Of a DNA stretch of 64,000 nt, positions 1 through 8,677 are shown piece after piece. This DNA is from Pirellulales bacterium (GTDB lineage: Bacteria; Planctomycetota; Planctomycetia; Pirellulales; PALSA-1355): contig CAVTBU010000004.1 in the NCBI GenBank assembly GCA_963733035.1, forward strand, positions 32,001 to 96,000, read 5' to 3'. The notes beneath the pieces were generated by a model that made no database searches, was not told the DNA's origin, and saw only the letters and a list, made by a program, of their open reading frames with translations. Every line of letters starts with the position of its first letter. Position 1 is the first letter of the stretch. A program made the position numbers and the translations under genes.

Positions 1-114
1 AAACGGCTCAAAGCGCAGGCGACGATACGCGATTGCTCAGTTGAGCAGGTTCTCCGCGAGGCGATCACCGCATTCTGCGACCAGGGGAAGGGTGAGCCTA
101 AAGTCAACAAGTAA
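1..114 (+). CDS. 3' end of a small protein, possibly ribbon-helix-helix/CopG-like (partial, runs off window)
   Basis: Frame 1 reads KRLKAQATIRDCSVEQVLREAITAFCDQGKGEPKVNK*; the 'LKxxAxxxxxSVxxVLRxAI' pattern resembles RHH helices. Confidence 0.35.
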   Translation, partial: KRLKAQATIRDCSVEQVLREAITAFCDQGKGEPKVNK

Positions 115-190
115 TGTTCCCGGCATAAAGGAAGCGCGGCGATATCGCCGCTCAACTCGGGCAGTCGCTCAAGCCGTGACTGCTTAGCTC

Positions 191-265
191 GGCTATACTG
201 GCCGTATGAGCGACAAGCCACCTAGCACTGACTTAGTAGCGAAAACGAGATTAAAATGGCATTAA
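191..265 (+). pseudogene. Leaderless-type start (TATACT-N6-ATG) followed by a 19-aa truncated ORF MSDKPPSTDLVAKTRLKWH
   Basis: GGCTATACTGGCCGTATGAGCGA is nearly identical to the start of the gene at 60065 (GGCTATACTGGCAGTATGAGCGA). Confidence 0.4.
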
Positions 266-384
266 GCCGATTGCCGGACAGGACAAACGCGGCCGATTCT
301 ATGAAGTCGAGATCCCGAGCTACTGGTAACAGCGTCGACGCACGATGTTTGAGCTGGCGATGAGCCAGGCGAGCGACGGCGCAG

Positions 385-1467
385 TCAAGCAGATGTGATC
401 TTACGCCGACGCATGGCAAAGACGGTGAGTCCGATAAGCCCCATCACTGCGAGCGCGATGCTGGAGGGCTCGGGGACGGCCAACACGTCGATCGAGAAGG
501 ACAGGCTCTGAGATGTAGCATAGGAGTAGTTCTTCGTGGTTGTTTGCTGGGCAGCAGAAATGCCAAGAAACCTCGACGCCACCACGTTGTTCAGGACCGT
601 CAAATCGGCAGTAATTCCGGGTACGGTTTTGTCCGTGAGAGTTCCGGCCAGTTGAAAGCCGGCCAGCGTGAAGTCATAGACCCCTGGCACCGGTAAATTG
701 ACCATCACGCCGTTGGAGCCTGCCAGCGAAACGGGCACCATGCCCGTGACCGCCGGCATTGTCGCGTGATGGTACATCAGCATGGCACCGATGCTTGATC
801 CAACGTCTACCGTCGAGGTGCCCGTGACCGTCGGCGTGGCACCAGCTGTACCCACGTCGACCAACGGTACGGCGATGCCAACGGCGACGCGTCCTGCTGA
901 GGCGGTGTCGCTGTCGCTGAGCGAGGACCCCAGTGCTCCACTGTTGCTACCGGAAGTTGCGATTGACAAATCCGTATCCAGCACGTTCACCGGAATACTG
1001 AAATTGCTCCCGATAATTGGGTCCAGAAAAACGTCCGCGCCGGCCGTGAACGCCACGCCGGGCGACGTGTCGGAGAAGGTGTTCGACAGCCCGGATTGCT
1101 GAAAGCTGATCGTCGCCATCCCAGGCGCAGCGAGCTGGTCGGGGTGGTCGATCGAGATCCTCGATTTGTGTGACGCTTGGAAGGCTCCCACCGTGGCGAA
1201 CGAAAAACCGGCCGAGAAATTAACGCCCGTCACGGAGGCAACTCCCAGATTGATATTCAGAGGCACCGACTTGCTGGCGTTAAAGCCGGTTGCCGGCGGC
1301 GCCGCGGAGCTGTAGGAGAGCGTCACGTCACTTTGCACCAGCGACCCGACAACTCGATCCGCGCTAGCGACAAGCGACCATTGCGCGGCGATGAAAAGCG
1401 CCAAGAACGTCGCTGGTCTGGATAGTGGCCTCATGCTCGCGAATCTAAAGGTTGACTTATCCATCAT
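385..1467 (-). CDS. PEP-CTERM sorting domain surface protein
   Basis: Signal-peptide-like N-terminus, Ser/Thr/Gly-rich body, C-terminal VPEPSS + TM helix + RRRK; GGAG SD upstream. Confidence 0.9.
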   Translation of the reverse strand: MMDKSTFRFASMRPLSRPATFLALFIAAQWSLVASADRVVGSLVQSDVTLSYSSAAPPATGFNASKSVPLNINLGVASVTGVNFSAGFSFATVGAFQASHKSRISIDHPDQLAAPGMATISFQQSGLSNTFSDTSPGVAFTAGADVFLDPIIGSNFSIPVNVLDTDLSIATSGSNSGALGSSLSDSDTASAGRVAVGIAVPLVDVGTAGATPTVTGTSTVDVGSSIGAMLMYHHATMPAVTGMVPVSLAGSNGVMVNLPVPGVYDFTLAGFQLAGTLTDKTVPGITADLTVLNNVVASRFLGISAAQQTTTKNYSYATSQSLSFSIDVLAVPEPSSIALAVMGLIGLTVFAMRRRKITSA

Positions 1468-2065
1468 ATCTCTCCCTTAAGGAGGCTAGCGCACAGGGCG
1501 CCGCGGTGCGTATTTCGAAACCGTTTGTCTGCGACCTGCTCCGGTCAACAGGCGGGGCACTCCGGCACAAGCCGGAAACTAGAAAGGCCTCCGAAGTTCG
1601 CTCCGCTAAGCGGGAGAACCCAGAAGCCTTGAGTGAAAACCAAGCTAGATTAGCGTCGCCTCTTTGGGCTATGACTCCAGCAAATCAGCCTCGCGAGACA
1701 ATAATGAGAAACGAGTTGCTCGTCGTTCGAAGTACACAACTCTCAAATCGTTGAATTTGAAAACTCAAGACAGCGTCAGCGGTGAGAACCGCTTCGCACC
1801 AGCCCATGCTAGCCGCTAGCTGACGTATTGCAAGTAAATTCTCTGTCAAAAGCCGAGACACGAGTCGGCGAGACACGAACGGGCAACTCCACCCACAGAC
1901 AATAAAGTTGGGCCGCGACGGTTCGCGGTCCGATGGTGGCGACCCGGCCATCAGTGAGAAGGGCCGCTGTCGCTGGGCCACGTTCGGCACCGCCAAAGAA
2001 AAAAGCCAGAGCAGAGTTGGCACCCGTCCTGGCTTTTGGCGTTGTACTGAAACTGAAGTAGTGCA

Positions 2066-2197
2066 CTACGCGGCGGCTTTGCGTCGTCGCCACCACGTTG
2101 CGCCGATGGTTAGCCCGAGCAGGGACCAGACGATCAGGCTGGTGGGGTCTGGGACGGCCGCGCATGCAAAGCCGGGCGCGGTATGCCATCCTGATAA
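2066..2197 (-). pseudogene. Orphan PEP-CTERM C-terminal remnant
   Basis: Minus-strand frame not in the ORF track reads ...AAVPDPTSLIVWSLLGLTIGATWWRRRKAAA*; an in-frame stop lies just upstream and there is no start codon. Confidence 0.75.
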
Positions 2198-2309
2198 TCA
2201 ATGTGACTGATTGCCCAAGGTAGTGCACCACGGCTGAAAACCGGCGTGTTACGCGGTCATGACACGACGTGATCGACTTCAGAGCTCGTCAATAATACGG
2301 GTGGCCTCG

Positions 2310-3744
2310 TCAGTTCCAATCCAGAACACTCCCCACCACCACTTCCTGCGGCTGGTTCAGCATGTCACCAGCCAGGCGGACAGCCATTTCCAATGCATCA
2401 GGGCCGTCATCGTGGTCTCCGTTCGGGAAGTCCCGAAGCTGCTCGACCAATAACCGGGCTCCAGGCGAATCCCCTTTGAACCGTATCCGTCCTTGAGCCA
2501 GATAGGGAGTCAAGCGGCGAATCCGCACGGCCTTGTTCACGCGATTGTCCAGCGTATAGAGCGGGAGCAGAACGTCTCGTTCCCGGCTCAACCGGTTCAA
2601 CTCGTCAGCCAAAAGCTGTTGGAATTGGTTCACCTCGACGCCAAAGCCATCCGGCCGAAACCCGCGCTGAATCTCCAGGGCCGTTTCCCCGATGATCGCC
2701 GTATTGCGGATCGCCAGGTCCGCGTCGACGTACAGCACTCCGTCGCGCCCCAGCATCATCATCGCGAACGCCGAGTAGTCTCCGAACTTCGCATCGGTCC
2801 CCTTGCTGGGATCAAGCGCCACGGTCTTGATCGACCACTCCCTGGGCCATTCGTCGAACCAGACGTGCGGACCAAAGTATTCACTCGGCCATTCGGCTCC
2901 GCCCTCGGCCTGAGGATTCTGCTGGTAGAGTGACTGCCAGTAGTACGCCGTGCGCGCTGATTTGGCAGCCTCCAGTCGTTCGATCGAGTACATCTCCGGC
3001 CAAAGTGCTTCTCCTGGCTCTCTGCCTAGCAAGTCGTGCTCTTCGGCAATGGCTGGGAACTTCACCTGTCGCCAGTTCTGGCCCTTGCGGTGGGCCTGCT
3101 CGAGGATCCGCCCGGTCAGGTCATCTCGATGCCAGCGGGTCTGAATAACGATAACCAGTCCACCAGGTCGCAGACGTGTGGTAGCCACCGACTGCCACCA
3201 TTCCCATTGCCGCTGCCGGGCGCTGGCGCTGCGTGCCTCTTCGTCGTTCTTGATCGGATCGTCGACGATCAAGCAGGTGGGCGCCTTTGCCGGTGATCGG
3301 ACCTCCCACGCCGGCCGTCATCATGCCGCCCCCCAACCCCTCAATCTCCCAGCGGCTGGCGGCCGACGAGCTGCGCGACACACGCACGCCAAACAGCTGA
3401 CCATGCTGGTCCAATAAGTCGCGTGCCTTGCGTCCCCAGCTGGCCGCGAAGTCGGCCTCGTAGCTGGTCAGGATCACGCGTCGGTCGGGATGGACACCCA
3501 GATACCAGGCCGGCAGGTACTTGCTGCACAGTTCGCTCTTGCCATGCTGGGGTGGCATCGACACGACCAGGCCTTCCTGCTTACCGGCAGCCGCCGCATC
3601 GATCGACTGCGCAATGGCTGTATCCAGATAGGCCAAGTGCCGGGCCGGACGCCAAGCTCCCTCAGTCACCAGCTGGGCGAACATCCCCGGGCTGGTCGAG
3701 GCTAAGAGTCGCTCCAGCTGGGCCAATTGCGGGACGCTGTTCAA
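2310..3744 (-). CDS. Phage terminase large subunit 1 (Terminase_6-like ATPase + RNase H-like nuclease), frameshift at ~3272; start approximate
   Basis: Walker A MPPQHGKS and AGVGGPITGKGAHLL in ORF 3121-3954 join IVDDPIKN, IQTRWH, VALDPS, VEVNQFQ and HDDGPDA in ORF 2310-3272. Confidence 0.85.
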
Positions 3745-4246
3745 GGCTGGCGATGAGCGCAACGACTTGTGATCGACGTTCTTCGAAGGTGACGTTGGAA
3801 CGGGCATGGCTGCCGGACTCCATGGAAGCCGGGCGCGAGATCGAGACCAAGCAAGCGCACGACGCGTGGCGATGCACTGATTCACCAGGGCCAGGAAACG
3901 CGGGTCGCCGTACTGATTGCGGATTCGTCTTGCGATTGGGGCGGTTTGAGCCATCGCCCGCCAGGTCTGCCGACTGCTGGGGTTTCTGGGACCGCTCCCA
4001 GGCCTGCCAGGCTTCCTGCTCGATCAGCGCCAGCTTCTGCAGCTCATGTTGCCGGCAGAGGTCAAAATCTCGGACAGCGTCGGCCCGCCACTGTTTTTCA
4101 ATGATCTTGAGATCGCCGCATACGGTGGCCTGGGATACGCCCAGGCGCTCAGCGATCTTCGTCTGCGTGTAGCCCTGGATATGGAGCTGCGCCACTTCCT
4201 TGCGGCGGGATGCCAGCTCGGTCCGTTTACTGGTTTTTTTGATCAA
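3662..4246 (-). CDS. HTH-containing putative terminase small subunit 1, with internal frameshifts (~3925, ~3852, ~3835)
   Basis: AAGGAG SD + TTG start; HTH GYTQTKIAERLGVSQATVCGDL; shares AWERSQKP, NQxGDPRFL and CIAxRRAxLGLD with the 6857-7423 paralog across shifted frames; directly upstream of TerL. Confidence 0.7.
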   Translation of the reverse strand: MIKKTSKRTELASRRKEVAQLHIQGYTQTKIAERLGVSQATVCGDLKIIEKQWRADAVRDFDLCRQHELQKLALIEQEAWQAWERSQKPQQSADLAGDGSNRPNRKTNPQSVRRPAFPGPGESVHRHASCACLVSISRPASMESGSHARSNVTFEERRSQVVALIASLEQRPAIGPAGATLSLDQPGDVRPAGD

Positions 4247-4260
4247 GGTGATCTCCTTGT

Positions 4261-4912
4261 TCAAACAATCTGGGCGAACAGGTTCCCCAAAGCTTCGTCG
4301 TCGTCCACCGCCACATGCAGGTAGCCGCTGGTGATCGTGATATTCGAGTGACCAGCAGCGTCGCGGACCTCGGCCAGCGTGCGGCCACCAGCCAGTGCGT
4401 GGCTCAGGAACGTGTGGCGGCCATGGTGAATCGTAAGCGTGGCCAAACGATTGGGACCCAGCACTTTGCACGCTGTCCGAAAGCGCTTGCGAAGCGTATG
4501 ACGCGATAGAGGCGTCGGTTCATGGCCGGGTCTGAGCGATGCGAGATAGACCGCACTCCGACTTCGCTCCCTGCACAATGCGATGCTTCTTCCAGGCTGC
4601 CAGGTCGGCCAGTGTTCCCGCGTCCCACCACAGCGGAACAATGCGTGGTCGGCCACCCTTGGCCGCCCCGGCCCGAATGCGCAAATGTGGTCGCGGCAGT
4701 TCCGTTCGCACGTCGCCTACCTGCAACTGGGCGATCTCGCTAGCCCTGAGGCCACAGCACGCCGCCAGGCGAAAGAGGACTAGGTTCATGCGGGTATTCG
4801 GCGAACGCGGTGCCTTGCGCGCCAGGTCGGCCAACACGGCCCCGACTTCGCGGCGCGTGAGGATCTTCGTGGGGTCGGCGGTTCGTGATCGGTAGATCGA
4901 CATGGTCTTCAC
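4261..4912 (-). CDS. Tyrosine recombinase, catalytic domain only (~215 aa), frameshift at ~4555
   Basis: CGLRASEI (Arg), AKGGRPR (Lys), HHGRHTF (HxxR), GHSNITITSGY (His, Tyr) split over ORFs 4520-4912 and 4261-4656. Confidence 0.85.
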
Positions 4913-5379
4913 CTTTTTGCGGAGGATTCTGGATTGCTCTTAGCACGGCGCTTGCCGCGTCGCGCTGTCAGTCAGTTACCTCCGTTTGCCACCAAGCTCA
5001 AGCGAGTTCGGACCCAGTTCGCCCATGTTGGGTCCTTCCTCGTAGCACACTTTATGCTTGAACGAGCGCACCCGGTCGCCGGCGAACCCGATACCATAGA
5101 GTCGATATGGCGGCCGGGATTTTGGCGTTTTAGAAGCCTTTGGAGCACCGCTGGCGAATTGCCAAGCGCACTGCGGCCATGTAGCAAACCGTTTCACGCC
5201 AGGCGGTTTTGCCTTGTCCCTTCGGAATTGGTCGAGTTGAAGACCTTTTACCGTTGGCGCACAAGTCGCCCCAAATGACATCTAAGTAGCGGCTACATCG
5301 GGCCTAGATCACGCTAAGTCAGGGCAACTTGGGGCCAATTCGCCAGGAAGTGGCGAATTTCACCGGGCCTACGCCCCAC

Positions 5380-6900
5380 TCAATTCAAGCCAGGCCGCAG
5401 AAGAACAGGCTCGATGTGCATGATGCCGCCGGCCATACCGTATTGAGCGTGTCCCGCCGCGTAGGCGGCCGCATCGATCTGGTCGGACGGTTCTTCCTCG
5501 AGGCCCGTCCAGGCCAGCCATTCCTGTTCCAGGTCGGCCAGCCAGGTGCTGTTGGCACTGGGGAAGAAGATCTGGCCCTGTTCGAGCTTCGTGAGCAACG
5601 GCGTCGCCCGCTCCACCTTGCCCGGCCGGCCGCTCTGGCCACGCATGTACTGCGTGACCGGGTTGACCAGCTCCGCATTGAATTCGCCTCGGAGCTCATG
5701 GTACAGCGGTGGCCCGTGATGCGCGTTTTCCACCAACACCACGCTCGGCCGCCAGTCGCGCAGTGTACGCCGCACGCCAGCCTTCAGCCCGTCCCAGTTG
5801 ACCCGTTCCCGCCACACGTGCCTCAGAAACATGAACTCGTGCTGCGGCCAGTAATCCCAAACCTGGCATACCGACCAACTCGGTGGCTTTCCCTTACGCT
5901 CCTCCGCCTTCTGCTTGCTGGTGCCGGCCGTGTCGATGGTCGCCAGCCGTGTGCATTCGTGCATATTGATCACGGACCCGAGGGATTCCCGGAACTTGTT
6001 GAGGGGGACCAGGATCTCTCCTCGGACATCGTAGTACCGCAGCCAATCCGGACGAATAATCGCGTCCTCGACGACCGACCAGTCCCCCTGCAGTAGACGG
6101 GCCCGCGTCACGGAAGGTAGATGCAACAGGTTCTGGATGTACTGCTCCCGGTCGATGTGGGGATTGTCGGCCAGCAGGGCCGGCACAAACGCCCGGTCGC
6201 GCTGCTGGGGGTCGGCATAAAATACCCGGGGCTGATCGTCACGTAGCGCCTCCAGCGCCTCATCGGTGATAAAACGGCGTTTCACGTAGAAATGCCCGAT
6301 GTTCCCCGGGTTGCTGGCGGCTCGCATCCGCAAAGGGACCTGCATGCCAGTAGGTTTTCGGAGCCGGCTGAACATAAACTCATACGGATTGTCGTCGCCG
6401 ACTCCCAGTCGGAACTCGGTCAATTCGTCCCAGCCAATGTATTGGTACTCGCTGGACGCGTAGCGATAGCGGTCTTCCGGACTGTCGATGTACCCGAACT
6501 GCAGCACCGCCGATGATGGGAAGCGGTAGGTCTTGCTCTGCGCGTTCCAAACGGCATCCGTCCCCCGCAGCCACTGGTGAGCACGGTCCATGATGGCGTT
6601 GGGGAGCGACAACCGGGGATAATCACGGCGCAGAATCAAGGCCGAGTACCCAGGCACATGGACATACTGTAGCGCCGCCATCAAGAGTGCCTCACTCTTG
6701 CCAGGGCCGGCACCGCCTCCGAATAGTGCTTCGCGGCAGTCCAGGTCCAGGAACGCTTGCTGCTTGGGGAACGGCCGATGCGGGCAGTACTGCTCAAGCC
6801 CTGACTTCGCCTGCGGCGCCAGCGGGCTCATCCGCAGCAGCTCTTCATCGCTGAGCTTAGTCAGCCGCCGCCTCAATTCGTCGAAGTCCATCTGCTTCAT
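5380..6900 (-). CDS. Phage terminase large subunit 2 (intact; different subtype from TerL1)
   Basis: PFPKQQAF, FGGGAGPGKS (Walker A), IGWDELTEF (Walker B), RAASNPG (coupling motif), TIDTAG, LVENA and SDQIDA nuclease acidic motifs. Confidence 0.9.
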   Translation of the reverse strand: MKQMDFDELRRRLTKLSDEELLRMSPLAPQAKSGLEQYCPHRPFPKQQAFLDLDCREALFGGGAGPGKSEALLMAALQYVHVPGYSALILRRDYPRLSLPNAIMDRAHQWLRGTDAVWNAQSKTYRFPSSAVLQFGYIDSPEDRYRYASSEYQYIGWDELTEFRLGVGDDNPYEFMFSRLRKPTGMQVPLRMRAASNPGNIGHFYVKRRFITDEALEALRDDQPRVFYADPQQRDRAFVPALLADNPHIDREQYIQNLLHLPSVTRARLLQGDWSVVEDAIIRPDWLRYYDVRGEILVPLNKFRESLGSVINMHECTRLATIDTAGTSKQKAEERKGKPPSWSVCQVWDYWPQHEFMFLRHVWRERVNWDGLKAGVRRTLRDWRPSVVLVENAHHGPPLYHELRGEFNAELVNPVTQYMRGQSGRPGKVERATPLLTKLEQGQIFFPSANSTWLADLEQEWLAWTGLEEEPSDQIDAAAYAAGHAQYGMAGGIMHIEPVLLRPGLN

Positions 6901-7423
6901 CCACCGTGATGACTTGGGATTGCTTGAGCGCCAGAATAATGGCTTCCACATGCTCGTTCCGCTGTTCGGCGGTCAACGGCACGGGTGCCGGCAACACCGG
7001 CTCGACCTGCGCCGGTGCGTCCAGACCCAAGATGGCCCGGCGCGACGCAATGCACTTATGCACCTGCTCGAGGAACCGAGGATCGCCCACCTGGTTCTTG
7101 ATCGTCCGGTCCGCATTCTGGTCGGACTGCGAAGCCTTGACGCGTGCCTGCTGGGATGGCTTTTGGGAGCGTTCCCAGGCGGCCCAGGCTTCTCGCTCGA
7201 GGCGATCGATCTTCTGCAGCTCCATGGTCACCCGGGCGTCGAAGTCCCGGATCGTCGAAGCGCGCCATTGCTGCTGAATCCGCTTGAGGTCGTTGGAAAT
7301 CGTCGATTGGGCAGCCTGCAAGTGCTCGGCGATTGCGCCCTGGGCCCAGCCCTTGAGATACAGGTCGGCCACCTGCTGGCGTCGCTGGGTGACGATGAAT
7401 TGGCGACGCGTGCGCTCACCCAT
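6857..7423 (-). CDS. HTH-containing putative terminase small subunit 2
   Basis: RRQQVADLYLKGWAQGAIAEHLQAAQSTISNDL HTH followed by coiled coil; overlaps the TerL2 start. Confidence 0.75.
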   Translation of the reverse strand: MGERTRRQFIVTQRRQQVADLYLKGWAQGAIAEHLQAAQSTISNDLKRIQQQWRASTIRDFDARVTMELQKIDRLEREAWAAWERSQKPSQQARVKASQSDQNADRTIKNQVGDPRFLEQVHKCIASRRAILGLDAPAQVEPVLPAPVPLTAEQRNEHVEAIILALKQSQVITVDEADGLRRIEAAAD

Positions 7424-7662
7424 GGGATGCCTCGGCCAGGCGTAGAAGTCCTCGCAAGTCAAGCAGGATTTCGTGCATCTCAGAAGCTTAACACAGCCAC
7501 CACGACCGGCCCCGACCGAATGCGCCAGAGTTCCCCGGTCGAGCGCCAAAGCGTGGAATTCTTTTGCCTCCTGGCCAGAACCGCGCTTGATGTTCCCCAC
7601 CCGTCATGGCTGTGTGTGACTGTCCGAGCGGGACATTCCCACACAAACCAGGAGCAAAACCA

Positions 7663-7917
7663 ATGATGAACGCAAACAACGACAACCATGAATCCGGGGC
7701 GGTCGACCAGGAGGCCTTCGAGAAGGTGATCCAGGACAACCTTTCGCCCGAAGGCGTGGCCACGATCATCGCTTTCCTGCAGCCGGCGGCGTTCCACAAA
7801 CCGGCCCATGAAGGAGCGCTGCGCGGCTTGCGACAGGCCGAATGGTTCGCCAACACGCTCACGGAGATGCTGGGCGTCGACGAGCTGAACCGCCTGATGG
7901 AAGAACTGGGGCTGTAA
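7663..7917 (+). CDS. Hypothetical acidic helical protein (84 aa)
   Basis: GGAG SD, coherent helical sequence, first gene of a 2-gene plus-strand unit. Confidence 0.7.
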   Translation: MMNANNDNHESGAVDQEAFEKVIQDNLSPEGVATIIAFLQPAAFHKPAHEGALRGLRQAEWFANTLTEMLGVDELNRLMEELGL

Positions 7918-7934
7918 GTCCAAGGGAGGCCACC

Positions 7935-8561
7935 GTGCGCTACTACCTGCAAAACCTGGCACCCGGCACGAGGTTTCGGGTAGCCGGAATGCCAGAGCTC
8001 ACTGGCATACTGGTCCGCTGCTCCGACTCGAGCGCCGTCGTCCGTGTTGATGGCGGCGTGCGCGATGTCGAGTTTGAATCCGCCGACGGCACCTCGAGGC
8101 GTTTTCGCGCCAATCGTTCCATGACCACTACCTGGGCCCCGGCCACGTTGGTCGAGCCCGTTCCCTTTGATGACGAGGAGATTTCCATGTCGCCCAAGAA
8201 GACCACCAAGAACCCTGCTACGGCCGCGAAGAAGACCAAAAACCCGCAGTCCCGAAAACCGGCTGCGAAAAAGACGGCCCAAGCCACTGCCCCGCCGCAG
8301 AAGCCGAAGGCAGCTCGCAGCGCCAAGCCGACGAAGCTCAGCGCACTGGACGCCGCCGCCCAGGTCCTGGCAGCATCGAAGGAACCGCTGAACGCCAAGC
8401 AGATGATCGACGCGATGGCGGCACAGGGCCTGTGGACAAGTCCTGGCGGAAAGACGCCGCACGCCACGCTCTACAGCGCCATCCTGCGTGAGATCGGGAC
8501 GAAGGGCAAAGAAGCCCGCTTCAAGAAAACCGAACGCGGGCACTTCGCCGCGAACGCCTAG
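7935..8561 (+). CDS. HARE-HTH (HB1/ASXL-type) winged-helix protein with Lys/Ala-rich linker
   Basis: GGGAGG SD + GTG; C-terminal KLSALDAAAQVL...MIDAMAAQGLWTSPGGKTPHATLYSAILREI...RFKKTERGHF. Confidence 0.8.
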   Translation: MRYYLQNLAPGTRFRVAGMPELTGILVRCSDSSAVVRVDGGVRDVEFESADGTSRRFRANRSMTTTWAPATLVEPVPFDDEEISMSPKKTTKNPATAAKKTKNPQSRKPAAKKTAQATAPPQKPKAARSAKPTKLSALDAAAQVLAASKEPLNAKQMIDAMAAQGLWTSPGGKTPHATLYSAILREIGTKGKEARFKKTERGHFAANA

Positions 8562-8583
8562 CCTTTGCACCAGGGCCCGCCCC

Positions 8584-8619
8584 AACGCCTCGCGTTCGCC
8601 ACGTCGGGGCGTTTTCTTG
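8584..8619 (+). terminator. Probable intrinsic terminator between convergent genes
   Basis: AACGCCTCG...CGGGGCGTT stem followed by TTCTT. Confidence 0.5.
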
Positions 8620-8677
8620 TGGGTGGCCCCAACGGCTAGCTGAGGCCATCGTTTGCCACACGGACCAAACGTCGCGT

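Noticed and set aside
1470..1720. Riboswitch or ncRNA upstream of the PEP-CTERM gene
   Set aside because: Several hairpins are present (e.g. TCCGGC-ACAA-GCCGGA), but I could not match a known Rfam consensus; this needs a covariance-model search.
3260..3285. Programmed ribosomal frameshift in TerL1
   Set aside because: No slippery heptamer is present, it would split the Walker B region, and similar indels occur in unrelated genes.
4976..5281. 101-aa minus-strand ORF between TerL2 and the tyrosine recombinase
   Set aside because: No recognisable motif, SD or protein-like composition; treated as non-coding.
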